Counted from the stretch's first letter, positions 45,862 through 54,107 are shown. The stretch is 64,000 nt of DNA from a virus (IMGVR_UViG_3300033121_001593:64001-128000), one strand, 5' to 3'. The notes: generated by a model from the letters alone, not told the origin. Numbers and translations are program-made.

Positions 45862-47055
45862 TCATTCATAGTCGCCGGCCCGCCCGACCAACTCGACCAG
45901 AAAGGCGATGGTGGCCTGAGCGTCATTGTAGACGGTGAACTCGTCGCGCCGCGGCCAGGAGATCGGGTTAGGCGGGGCGACCGCGTGCATCGAGTCGTAC
46001 AGGCCCTGGGCGGCCCCGTGGTGCCCGTCGTCCTGGCGGACGGTGACCTTTTTCTCCCGGCCCAGCTTGACCGAGAATACCGCCATGCAGGCCGGATCAT
46101 CGCTGCTACCGCCGCCCCAGCGTGCGCCCTTCAGGCTCGTGTAGCTGATCGACTTATGCGCCCAGTCGGCAAAGTACAGGCCCTTGCCCAAGGCCCAGCC
46201 GTTTGAGTATGACGGGCGGATAACTAAGCCCTGCGTCATGATCGACCAGAAGTTCGGCGTCTTGCTACCGTGAAAGAGCAGCCGGCCTTTTTCGCCGGGC
46301 TTCCAGGCGTCATACTTGGCCTGCGTGGCGAAGTGGATCACCCGCCAAATCCGGCCGATGTTCGGCTTGCTCTGAGCCTCGACCAAGGCCAGGACTTGCG
46401 CCCGCTCAGCCGGCGTCGCCTCCCGGATATCGAGGCCGATGGCGTCCAGCACCGTTTGATCGGCGGCGGTAGGCTGCGGGCGTGCCCTCAGGCTGGCGCG
46501 TAGCTGATCGACTAAGGCTTGCTCGTCGGCGAGCTTTGCGCCGATCACATGCCGCGCCGCGCCGGCCGGCAGTAGCTCGTCGGCGACCTTGCGCATCTTA
46601 CGGGGCAAGACCCGCCATAGCTCGACCAGGCCGGCGTTGACGGCGCTGACCGTCATCTGCCCGTTGAGGCCGCCGATCCGGTCCAGGATGCGCTGCGCCT
46701 CGACTAGCTGCGCCTCGGTGATGCTCTCAGCGTCCGAGTAGCTGGCGGCGATTGAGACGCCCGCCTTTTGCTGCAGCCAGTCCACCAGCCAGCCGACCGA
46801 GCCGGCCAGGGGCTTGAAAGCGACCGCGTCCAGCGTGCGCTTTTGCGCCGTCATATCCCGATAATCGTGCTTCTCCCGCGTCCGAATCGTCGGGTTCCAC
46901 TCCGACATAGGGAATACCTTTGACTGGCCCGCCGTGCCCACCCGGCCCCAGCGCGCCGTGAAGGTCGATCCCGCGGGGTCGGCCTTCATCTCGTAGAATT
47001 TATTGGCGTTGGCGTCCGCCGCCACCTTGATCCCGTACCAGAAATCTGTCGTCAT
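45862..47055 (-). CDS. Poly(ADP-ribose) polymerase-like ADP-ribosyltransferase (WGR + helical + catalytic domain)
   Basis: 'NANKFYEM...ARWGRVG' WGR domain. H-Y-E triad in LLFHGS, GKGLYFAD and DEFTVYN. Confidence 0.9.
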   Translation of the reverse strand: MTTDFWYGIKVAADANANKFYEMKADPAGSTFTARWGRVGTAGQSKVFPMSEWNPTIRTREKHDYRDMTAQKRTLDAVAFKPLAGSVGWLVDWLQQKAGVSIAASYSDAESITEAQLVEAQRILDRIGGLNGQMTVSAVNAGLVELWRVLPRKMRKVADELLPAGAARHVIGAKLADEQALVDQLRASLRARPQPTAADQTVLDAIGLDIREATPAERAQVLALVEAQSKPNIGRIWRVIHFATQAKYDAWKPGEKGRLLFHGSKTPNFWSIMTQGLVIRPSYSNGWALGKGLYFADWAHKSISYTSLKGARWGGGSSDDPACMAVFSVKLGREKKVTVRQDDGHHGAAQGLYDSMHAVAPPNPISWPRRDEFTVYNDAQATIAFLVELVGRAGDYE

Positions 47056-47056
47056 G

Positions 47057-47284
47057 TTACGCTCCGAACTCGGCGGCCATCCGGGCGGCCCATGGCTTTG
47101 CAGCGGCGCACTTCGGCATCTTGGCTGTGGCGCTCGCCACCGTCATCCGCCCGCCGCGCACCTTGTAGTACAGGCCCTGCGCCTTCAGTTCGGCGGGGCT
47201 GATCGTGGCAGCCGGGCCGGTCTGCTCGAACATTCCGAATATTTCCTGCTCGGTCATGGGGGCGCTGGTGGTCTGGGTGGTCAT
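47057..47284 (-). CDS. Hypothetical early protein (MTTQT start, first gene behind P7)
   Basis: AAAAGGAC RBS. Confidence 0.7.
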   Translation of the reverse strand: MTTQTTSAPMTEQEIFGMFEQTGPAATISPAELKAQGLYYKVRGGRMTVASATAKMPKCAAAKPWAARMAAEFGA

Positions 47285-47341
47285 GGCTTGGGTGTCCTTT
47301 TCGCTCGCTGCGGGTGAATTTGTGCTATCTAACTATAAACC

Positions 47342-47415
47342 ATTTTACTCCTACTTGTTCAAAATGTCAAGCATTTTCAGGGCCTCTTTTGGCCTTCTTG
47401 GAAAGTTTTAAGGTT
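47342..47415 (-). promoter_or_regulatory. Early promoter cassette P7
   Basis: AACCTTAAA...TTGACA-N17-TAAAAT. Confidence 0.88.
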
Positions 47416-47508
47416 CGGAAAGCGCGCCCAAAAAGAAGCCCCGCCCCTATTTCTCGTTTGAGTAAAACCGACGCGCTTCTCTTTTTTGATCGAGAAGCGC
47501 GTCGGACC

Positions 47509-47844
47509 CTAGCGCAGCAGCAGCAGGATCGTCACCACCAGGCCGGCGATAGCCAGCAGGGCCAGGCCCTCACGCGCCCTCAGGCGCAGCAGCAGGCGGG
47601 CCGCGCCCTCGGCGGCCTCCGCCTCCGCAAAGCTCGGACCCGGCGCGTCGATTAGCTCCTCGGCGCGCGGGAAGGTGAAGGCGATCACCTCCTCAAGCTC
47701 CACCCTCGAAGGCGGGCGGCTATACCGCTCCATGTATAGCCCGATCACGTCCTCGAAAGCCTTACCCATCACGTCCCAGGGGCCGTCGCCTACGCGGTAG
47801 CCCGTATCCCTGCCCTGCTCATCAATCAAGGCTTGCCAGCCCAT
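47509..47844 (-). CDS. Hypothetical protein with a C-terminal TM helix
   Basis: AGGAGG RBS; C-terminal LALLAIAGLVVTILLLLR. Confidence 0.65.
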   Translation of the reverse strand: MGWQALIDEQGRDTGYRVGDGPWDVMGKAFEDVIGLYMERYSRPPSRVELEEVIAFTFPRAEELIDAPGPSFAEAEAAEGAARLLLRLRAREGLALLAIAGLVVTILLLLR

Positions 47845-47856
47845 AGCCTGCCTCCT

Positions 47857-48663
47857 TTAGCGCCAGCCGGCGCTCGCTCGGTCGGTGATTTGCTCGATGG
47901 CGACACGTAGATTGTCGCTGATTTTTTCGGGCGGCAGATCGAACGTCTTTGACCGTTCCACGTACTGCGCCGCCCAGGCCGTCAGGGCGGCGACCTCGCC
48001 GGCCTCCACCACGCGCCCGCCAAAGCCAAGGCGCTTGGCCGTCGCCAGATTCGTCGCCTCACGCATACACTCGACCGGCCAGGCGGGGTTCCAGGTCAGG
48101 GCGTCGAAGTCCAGCGACGGGGGATTGCCCGATGACAGGCTCTCCAGCGATGATAGCGCCGGCACCAAGAACATCAGCCAGTCCTTGACCGTCGCGCCCT
48201 CCGGCCAGCCCTGCCGTGCCTGGTTGCGCGCCTGGCTGGCGTAAGCCTGCACCAGGGCCGACCGGCGGTGGATCATGTACCAAAGATGAGCCACCGACTG
48301 GCCCAGCGGGGTCGTTACGTAGAGCAAGGGGCTGGCCAGCCATTCCAGGGCGGTCGGGTTGGACCGCAAGACCAGGCCCAGGAACTTGGTTAATTCCATG
48401 CCGGCGGCGTCGATTGTCGCCGGCACGCTCAGGCCCAGGACCGCCCAGTCCAGCTTGTCCAGGACCTCACGCGTCGCCGTCCGGTCAACCCGGAAGTACC
48501 AGGCGGTCGGGGGAACGTACACGAAGCGCAGATCGTGGTCGCTCGTCTCCGCGCCCAGGCCGCGCGCCCGTGAGCCGGCGTCTACCGCATAGATCACGGT
48601 GTAGCCCGTCGCCTGCTCGATGGCCTGTAAAAGGCCCTTGATTTCGTCTCGATATGTCGTCAT
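47857..48663 (-). CDS. Pol-beta-superfamily nucleotidyltransferase (RlaP/YcgL-like)
   Basis: 'GSRARG....SDHDLRFVY' (GS..DxD), 'ELTKFLGL..SNPTALEWL.SP'. Confidence 0.85.
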   Translation of the reverse strand: MTTYRDEIKGLLQAIEQATGYTVIYAVDAGSRARGLGAETSDHDLRFVYVPPTAWYFRVDRTATREVLDKLDWAVLGLSVPATIDAAGMELTKFLGLVLRSNPTALEWLASPLLYVTTPLGQSVAHLWYMIHRRSALVQAYASQARNQARQGWPEGATVKDWLMFLVPALSSLESLSSGNPPSLDFDALTWNPAWPVECMREATNLATAKRLGFGGRVVEAGEVAALTAWAAQYVERSKTFDLPPEKISDNLRVAIEQITDRASAGWR

Positions 48664-48706
48664 AGCCTACTCCTTTCTAAAAGCCCGTAGCGGCCCGCCT
48701 AGCGCC

Positions 48707-49138
48707 TCACAAGCCCGCTAGCGCGTCCCTTGCCCGATTGATTGCCCAGGTTAGCCAGGCGTCAGCGTCGGCCTTGCTGACCGCGCCTAGCCCGCCGTGA
48801 GACGCCAAAGCGATGGCGTCGTCGTAGAGCGTGCGGGTCTTGGTTGCCCGCACCAGGATATCTCCGACCGACCGGTTAGCCGAGTCGGCGTAGAAGTCCC
48901 AAAGCGTCACGAACCAGCCAGGCGGGGCCAGCCGGTCGTCAGCGTTCATCGCCTCGACCTCGATCTGGTATCGGGCGAATACGATGGCGGCGGCGACTTC
49001 GCCGGCCCGCAGCGGCGAGAGCTTGGGATCACGCTGGCCAATCGACACGGCGAGCAGGGTGGTCACCGCCTCGATCAGGCCGTCAGCGTAGGCCGCCAGG
49101 ATTGGATAATCGGCGGGGGTCGTGTTCGTGGTATTCAT
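48707..49138 (-). CDS. Hypothetical protein
   Basis: GGAGG RBS, ATGA overlap. Confidence 0.6.
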   Translation of the reverse strand: MNTTNTTPADYPILAAYADGLIEAVTTLLAVSIGQRDPKLSPLRAGEVAAAIVFARYQIEVEAMNADDRLAPPGWFVTLWDFYADSANRSVGDILVRATKTRTLYDDAIALASHGGLGAVSKADADAWLTWAINRARDALAGL

Positions 49139-49722
49139 TTTACCTCCAGATCGATCCGGGCGAGCAAGTCCTGCACGCTCGAAGCGTTCATCCAGAACAC
49201 AAAGCGGTCACTGCCGGTCCAGGCGTCGAAGTAGACGACGCGCCCGTTTGAGTCAACCTTGATCCACCAGCCCTCGGTGAATAGAACCGCGAAAGGTTCC
49301 AGGCTACGACCGCGGGGAGCGAGGCCTCGAAAGCAGCCGGTGGCCCGATCCGCTGCGCCCAGGATAACGTCGCGCCAGTCGGAAGCCGGCCCGGAGTCGG
49401 CGTTCACGTCCCTGCCCCGCAGCCGGCCCCAAGGCTCGGTGACCGAAGCGGGCGGGATCACGGCGTCGGGGAAGCGAGCCGGCGGCGGTGCCATGAGAGG
49501 ATCGACCAGCGGCCGGAACTGGTCAGCGTGGCCCCAGCGGTCCAGGCCCATGACAGGCCGGCCGCCTACGCTTGCGCCCTGATCGAGACGAACGTCGAAG
49601 ATCGGCCGGCCGTCGTCAAAGTCACCCGTGCCCGTGATCGTGCCGGGCAGCCAGTGTTTGCTGTATCCGCTGTTCTTGTATTCCACGCGGTCCCCAAGTT
49701 GGGGGGTGTAGCTGTCGCTCAT
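49135..49722 (-). CDS. Protein with an N-terminal Tudor/SH3-like domain
   Basis: 'LGDRVEYK...WLPGTI...FDVRLD'; AAAGGA RBS. Confidence 0.6.
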   Translation of the reverse strand: MSDSYTPQLGDRVEYKNSGYSKHWLPGTITGTGDFDDGRPIFDVRLDQGASVGGRPVMGLDRWGHADQFRPLVDPLMAPPPARFPDAVIPPASVTEPWGRLRGRDVNADSGPASDWRDVILGAADRATGCFRGLAPRGRSLEPFAVLFTEGWWIKVDSNGRVVYFDAWTGSDRFVFWMNASSVQDLLARIDLEVK

Positions 49723-49745
49723 AATCTGATCCTTTCGTCTGTAGC

Positions 49746-49967
49746 CTACGCGGCCGGGGCCGGGCGGAACTGATCGTCGTAGCCCCACCTGGAGTCGCCG
49801 GAGTCCAGGGTGACGGTGTAGCAGCGATAGCCGCGGTGCTCGAAGGCGTCGGCGCTGACCGTGCCTGGCTCCCAGGCGTGGGTCTTCCGGTTCAGGTACT
49901 CGCAGCGGTCGCCTTTGTGAAGCTCGGCCGGTTCGGCTTGGTCGGTGGTAGGGTAACGGTCATACAT
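49746..49967 (-). CDS. Small Tudor/SH3-like protein
   Basis: 'KGDRCEY...WEPGTV...YTVTLDSG..RWG'; paralogous to the N-terminus of the adjacent gene. Confidence 0.65.
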   Translation of the reverse strand: MYDRYPTTDQAEPAELHKGDRCEYLNRKTHAWEPGTVSADAFEHRGYRCYTVTLDSGDSRWGYDDQFRPAPAA

Positions 49968-49991
49968 CGTCTGGAGTCCTTTGGCCAGCCC

Positions 49992-50363
49992 TCAGGCGAC
50001 CGGCGCTGCGATCATCTTGGGAGCCAGGTCGGGGTGAACGTAGATGCGGATACCGTGATCCTTACCGCAGAAGGTGATGTGCTCTACCACAAAAACGGTT
50101 TTTGACAGTTCGACCGTCCGGCCCTCGTCACCCTTGCGGCCGGGTGCGAAGGGGCGTGACGTTTCGACATAGACGCCGTCGGCCTCGGCCTCGATGACCT
50201 TGTAAATCGACCTCGTGCCGTCGCCGAAGCCGGTGTCCCACATCTGCATCGTGGGCCGGACCTCGGCCCTGATCGTGCGGCCCTTGTACTCCGGGAAGGT
50301 CGCCGCCAGGATGGCCTTGACGGCTTTGTTAGTCTTGCTCAGGGGAATGGCTGGGGTCAACAT
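49992..50363 (-). CDS. Hypothetical phage protein
   Basis: 'ATFPEYKGR...FCGKDHGIRIYVHP'. Confidence 0.7.
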   Translation of the reverse strand: MLTPAIPLSKTNKAVKAILAATFPEYKGRTIRAEVRPTMQMWDTGFGDGTRSIYKVIEAEADGVYVETSRPFAPGRKGDEGRTVELSKTVFVVEHITFCGKDHGIRIYVHPDLAPKMIAAPVA

Positions 50364-50388
50364 AGTGGGGGTGCCCTTTCGTAAAATT

Positions 50389-50437
50389 CCGCCTGCCGGT
50401 CGGCCTCGGTGATTGAGGAGCTTGCCCGGTCAGGCGG
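50389..50437 (-). ncRNA. Conserved intergenic RNA motif, copy B
   Basis: Same core as 42765-42810 with a compensatory outer stem. Confidence 0.55.
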
Positions 50438-50451
50438 CTGGTTTTGAGTGA

Positions 50452-50769
50452 CTAGAAGCTGGCGAAACCGTTGCTGCAGTCGGTCATCCAGCGGCTGGTG
50501 GCCTCGGCGCTGAATGCCTGCGCCTGTGCCTCGGCGTCGGCCTCGAAGGTGCCCTCGGTGCCGAATTCTGCGAACATGGCCGCCATACGGGCCATCTCGG
50601 CCTCGATGACTTCGGTCTGCTCGGCGTCGGCCTCGGTGGCGATACCGCTCTCGATGATGAACCAGCCGGTGGCGGTCTGGAAGGTCTGCTCGGTGCGGGC
50701 AGCTTGGCGGGCTGCCTGGCGGGTGGCGATGATTGCGGTCCAGTCCTGGGTGGTGGTTTGGGTGGTCAT
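50452..50769 (-). CDS. Early protein, Leu-free (MTTQT start, first gene behind P8)
   Basis: 105 aa, 0 Leu, 1 Val. Confidence 0.75.
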   Translation of the reverse strand: MTTQTTTQDWTAIIATRQAARQAARTEQTFQTATGWFIIESGIATEADAEQTEVIEAEMARMAAMFAEFGTEGTFEADAEAQAQAFSAEATSRWMTDCSNGFASF

Positions 50770-50828
50770 GTTCGGCGGTTCCTTTCGAGAGTTTCGCTGC
50801 GGCTGAATTAACTATCTAACTATAAATC

Positions 50829-50873
50829 ATTTTACTCCTACTTGTTCAATTTGTCAAGGGGTTGAACCTTAAA
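50829..50873 (-). promoter_or_regulatory. Early promoter cassette P8
   Basis: Inverted AACCTTAAA plus TTGACA-N17-TAAAAT. Confidence 0.88.
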
Positions 50874-50937
50874 ACTTTGCCTTTTTTCAAAACTCGTTTG
50901 AGCCGGCCCGGCCCGAAAAGTAACCCCCAAAAAGGCT

Positions 50938-50977
50938 ATATTGCTACTTGACAAACTGAATGATATCATGATATAAT
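50938..50977 (+). promoter_or_regulatory. Promoter P9 (cca), same variant as the rtcB promoter
   Basis: ATATTGCTAC-TTGACA-N18-TATAAT. Confidence 0.82.
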
Positions 50978-51024
50978 GGGCTTAGTTAGATAAGCCAAGC
51001 CGAACCGAAAGGACGCCCGCCGAA

Positions 51025-52347
51025 ATGAAGATCAGCCCCGCAGCAGAGACCATCAGCCGAATAATCGAGACCGCAGGCGGAAGCGCCTGGATCACGGGCG
51101 GGGCCTGCCGCGACGAGATCATGGGCCGGACGCCTCGCGACTTCGACATCGAGGCTTTCGGGATCACGAAGGAAGCGGCCTGTGAGGCTATCCGGGCCGC
51201 AGGCTTCGCCTGCAAGATCGCCGGAGCCGCCTACAGCATTATCATCGCCACGGTGGACGGCGAGGATATCGAGATTAGCATCAGCGCCGGCACGATTGCC
51301 GAGGCTGCCGCCCGGCGCGACTTCACCGCCAACGCCATCTACTTCCGCCCGGCCACCGGCGAGTGGGCCGACTCCTTCGGCGGCCGCGCCGATATCGAGG
51401 CCGGCATCATTCGAGCCACGCCCGGCTTCGCTCAGGACCCCGGCCGCATGATGCGGGCCGCCCGCTTCGCCGCCCGCTTCGGCTGGACCATCGAGCCGGC
51501 GACGCGTGACATGATCCGGGCCATGGCCGGTCGTATGAGCGAAGTGGCCACGGAGCGCATCTGGCCGGAATTCGCCAAGGCTTTCGAGGCCGACCGCCCC
51601 GGCGACTTCATCCGGGCCATGGCCGAGATCGGCATCATGGGCCACTTCCCCGAAATCGCCGCCATCTGGGACTGCCCGCAGGACCCGGCTTGGCACCCTG
51701 AGGGACCGACCGGCCCCCACTCCGCTCACACGATGGACGCCGCCGCCGCCATCTGCCGGCGCGACGGTATCACAGGCGAGGATCGGATCGCCTTCATCGC
51801 CGGAGCCATGGTGCACGACTTCGGCAAGGCTACGACGACGGTGACGCGGGAAGACGGGCGCATCGCCAGCCCCGGACACGCCGAGGCCGGTATCGAGATC
51901 GCCGCCCGCTTTTTCGCCCGCTGCGGCATCGCCGGCAGCCCGGTGGCCGAGCGAGCCATCGCCATGACGGCTGAGCACATGAGCCACACGGGCGAGATCA
52001 GCCCCCGCACGGTGCGCCGGATCGCCGCCCGCATCGCCCGCCATGGCGCGACGATCAGCGACATCGCCCGGATCATCGAGGCCGACGCCTCCGGCCGCCC
52101 GCCCATCCCGGCGGGGATGCCTGAGGGTGGCCGGCGCATGATCGAGATCGCCGCCTCCATGGCGATTGTGGACGCCGCCCCCGTGGCCATCATCATGGGC
52201 CGGCACTGCATCGCCGCCGGCATGGCCCCCGGTCCCCGCATGGGCCGGATCGTGCGAGCCGCCTTCGAGGCTCAAATCGACGGGGCCTTCGAGGACGAGG
52301 CCGGCGGGATCGCCTGGATCGCCGAACACGCCGCCGAAATCGCATAG
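51025..52347 (+). CDS. cca: Class II tRNA nucleotidyltransferase (CCA-adding) with HD domain; leucine-free
   Basis: GG.xRD, DFD, RRDFTAN, DP.R..RA.RF, ERIW.E, HPEG, HDFGK, GHA..G motifs. No Leu in 440 codons. Confidence 0.92.
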   Translation: MKISPAAETISRIIETAGGSAWITGGACRDEIMGRTPRDFDIEAFGITKEAACEAIRAAGFACKIAGAAYSIIIATVDGEDIEISISAGTIAEAAARRDFTANAIYFRPATGEWADSFGGRADIEAGIIRATPGFAQDPGRMMRAARFAARFGWTIEPATRDMIRAMAGRMSEVATERIWPEFAKAFEADRPGDFIRAMAEIGIMGHFPEIAAIWDCPQDPAWHPEGPTGPHSAHTMDAAAAICRRDGITGEDRIAFIAGAMVHDFGKATTTVTREDGRIASPGHAEAGIEIAARFFARCGIAGSPVAERAIAMTAEHMSHTGEISPRTVRRIAARIARHGATISDIARIIEADASGRPPIPAGMPEGGRRMIEIAASMAIVDAAPVAIIMGRHCIAAGMAPGPRMGRIVRAAFEAQIDGAFEDEAGGIAWIAEHAAEIA

Positions 52348-52374
52348 GGCAGCCGCAAGGCTGGGGGGAGGCCC

Positions 52375-52447
52375 AACCTTAAATTTTTTGAATATCCCCA
52401 AAGAGGCCCCTTTTTTGCTTGACAAATTGAACGACCTGATATATAAT
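52375..52447 (+). promoter_or_regulatory. Early promoter cassette P10
   Basis: AACCTTAAA...TTGACA-N17-TATAAT. Confidence 0.88.
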
Positions 52448-52495
52448 GACTATAGTGAAGTAGATCAAACGCAGCGAGCGAAAAGGACCCCTAAA

Positions 52496-52684
52496 ATGTT
52501 CAACGACAATGCAATCATCGACAGCCTGACCAAGGGACAAGAAATCGAAGTTATCAACCCCGACACCGGCCGCCGGGAAACCGCCACGGTCACGGGAACG
52601 AGCGAGCACAAAGGCAACCCGATTGCATACGTCATATTCGCAAACGGCGACGAAAAATACATCTTCGCCTCCCAAATCTGCTAA
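52496..52684 (+). CDS. Small SH3/KOW-like protein (first gene behind P10)
   Basis: AAAAGGAC RBS; 'KGQEIEV...ATVTG...YVIFANG'. Confidence 0.7.
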   Translation: MFNDNAIIDSLTKGQEIEVINPDTGRRETATVTGTSEHKGNPIAYVIFANGDEKYIFASQIC

Positions 52685-52711
52685 GACCTCAGCGCAAAGG
52701 ACCGCCCGACA

Positions 52712-52963
52712 ATGACCATCACCAAGAGCATCTTCAGCGAAATGGCAAGCGACGATCAGCGCAGCGCCTGGGACGCCATCGACTCCCTGTACCCCGGCAC
52801 CGAAGGCGACTATGACTTCGGCAGCAAAATCCTGACGATCACCCTCTACGCCCCGGTGGCTACGGTCACCGATATCGAGACCGACCTCAAGGCCGCCAAG
52901 GTCGAATGGACCAGCTACACGGTCAAAGAATACGGCGGCTTTTTCACTATCACGGTTCAATAA
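52712..52963 (+). CDS. Hypothetical protein
   Basis: AAAGGGAC RBS. Confidence 0.7.
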   Translation: MTITKSIFSEMASDDQRSAWDAIDSLYPGTEGDYDFGSKILTITLYAPVATVTDIETDLKAAKVEWTSYTVKEYGGFFTITVQ

Positions 52964-52974
52964 GGACGCCCGCT

Positions 52975-53259
52975 ATGAACGACTCCCTTCTAAGTGCCGC
53001 CGATCTTCTCAAACTACAATACGCCCGCGCCGAATATCTCCCTGAGCCGGTTACGCTCGACTTCGCCGCCGTGCTACGCCTGGTCGAAAACCATCTCGAC
53101 TTCGGGCGCGAGGCCGAGGCCCGCGAACTGCTCAACCTGGCCGACTCCGAGCTAGCCACGCTTGAGGCCGAGGACGACGGCCGGCGCGCCAATATCGAGG
53201 CCCGGCTAGAGCAAGCCTGGCAGCGCCTGAACGGCGACTATTCCGAACTTGAGGACTGA
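52975..53259 (+). CDS. Hypothetical protein
   Basis: AAGGAC RBS; start MNDSLL. Confidence 0.6.
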   Translation: MNDSLLSAADLLKLQYARAEYLPEPVTLDFAAVLRLVENHLDFGREAEARELLNLADSELATLEAEDDGRRANIEARLEQAWQRLNGDYSELED

Positions 53260-53263
53260 CCCC

Positions 53264-53689
53264 ATGAACGCACAAGAAGCCCATATCAGCCTGCTCCGCG
53301 AGGCCCTAGACGAAATCCTGGGCCAGTTAGACGATATCGACCTAAAGCAATTCGGGATCGCCCGGACACGCTCCGCCGAAATTCGCGCCCTGGTCAACGA
53401 AGGCCCGACCGCCGAACAGATCGCCGCGCGCCGGGCCGAATTCAGCCCGGACGGTGCGCTGGAGCCGGACTTGCCCCTGGTCGAATTCCTGCCCGGCAAC
53501 GGCACCGGCGGGATCATGCTGCCCGTGAGCTACATCGCCGACTTCCCCATCGGCCGGCACCACCGCTGCGCCTTTTGCCAGGGCGACCCCTGCGCCGAGG
53601 CTAGCCCGCCCGACGCGCCGATCAGCCTATATTTTCAAGCCAGCCCGCGCGCCGAAGCCTGCCCGTTCTGCCTGGGCCGCGCATCATAA
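53264..53689 (+). CDS. Hypothetical protein with C-terminal CxxC pairs
   Basis: CAFC...CPFC; GAGG RBS. Confidence 0.6.
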   Translation: MNAQEAHISLLREALDEILGQLDDIDLKQFGIARTRSAEIRALVNEGPTAEQIAARRAEFSPDGALEPDLPLVEFLPGNGTGGIMLPVSYIADFPIGRHHRCAFCQGDPCAEASPPDAPISLYFQASPRAEACPFCLGRAS

Positions 53690-53699
53690 AGGAGCCGAA

Positions 53700-54002
53700 A
53701 TGACTAACCACGAACACGACCCGCGCGGCGGGTATCACCAGGAGATCATCGCCCTCATGGGCATTGTCGCCCGTGCCGAGGAGCTGACCGGGCCGGCCAC
53801 GATCTGGACCGACCCAGCCCTTCGGCTATACCTGGAGCGACTTGAGCCAGGAGACGACTTCGAGATTGTCGAGGCCCGCCGCCGTTACGTGCTGGCGCGC
53901 GGCATGATCGAGGAAAAGCTGCGCAATGCCGCCCGCGCCTCTCTACGTATGGCCGGCTTGCCCTCCTCACTGGACGCCGACGAATTGCTACCGCGGCCCT
54001 AA
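53700..54002 (+). CDS. Hypothetical protein
   Basis: AAAGGAG RBS. Confidence 0.62.
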   Translation: MTNHEHDPRGGYHQEIIALMGIVARAEELTGPATIWTDPALRLYLERLEPGDDFEIVEARRRYVLARGMIEEKLRNAARASLRMAGLPSSLDADELLPRP

Positions 54003-54107
54003 ACCCGCCGCAGCATAAGGTCATACCGGGCCGCGGCACAAAAGCCCGCTACGGCCCGCCTAGCGCCCCACGCGGGCAACGTGCCCGCCCCTTACAAGGA
54101 GCCAACC

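Noticed and set aside
50930-50950. Sigma54 (-24/-12) promoter at the TTGCTA of cca and rtcB
   Set aside because: GG-to-GC spacing is 7-8 nt, not the required 10.
51025-52347. Alternative genetic code (ATC read as Leu) as the explanation for the missing Leu
   Set aside because: Other genes use normal Leu codons at conserved positions, and the lost Leu are replaced by Met, Phe and Gly as well as Ile.
50986-52425. 479-aa antisense ORF covering cca
   Set aside because: Shadow ORF. Antisense stops need in-frame TTA, CTA or TCA, which the Leu-free gene lacks. It has no RBS or motifs.
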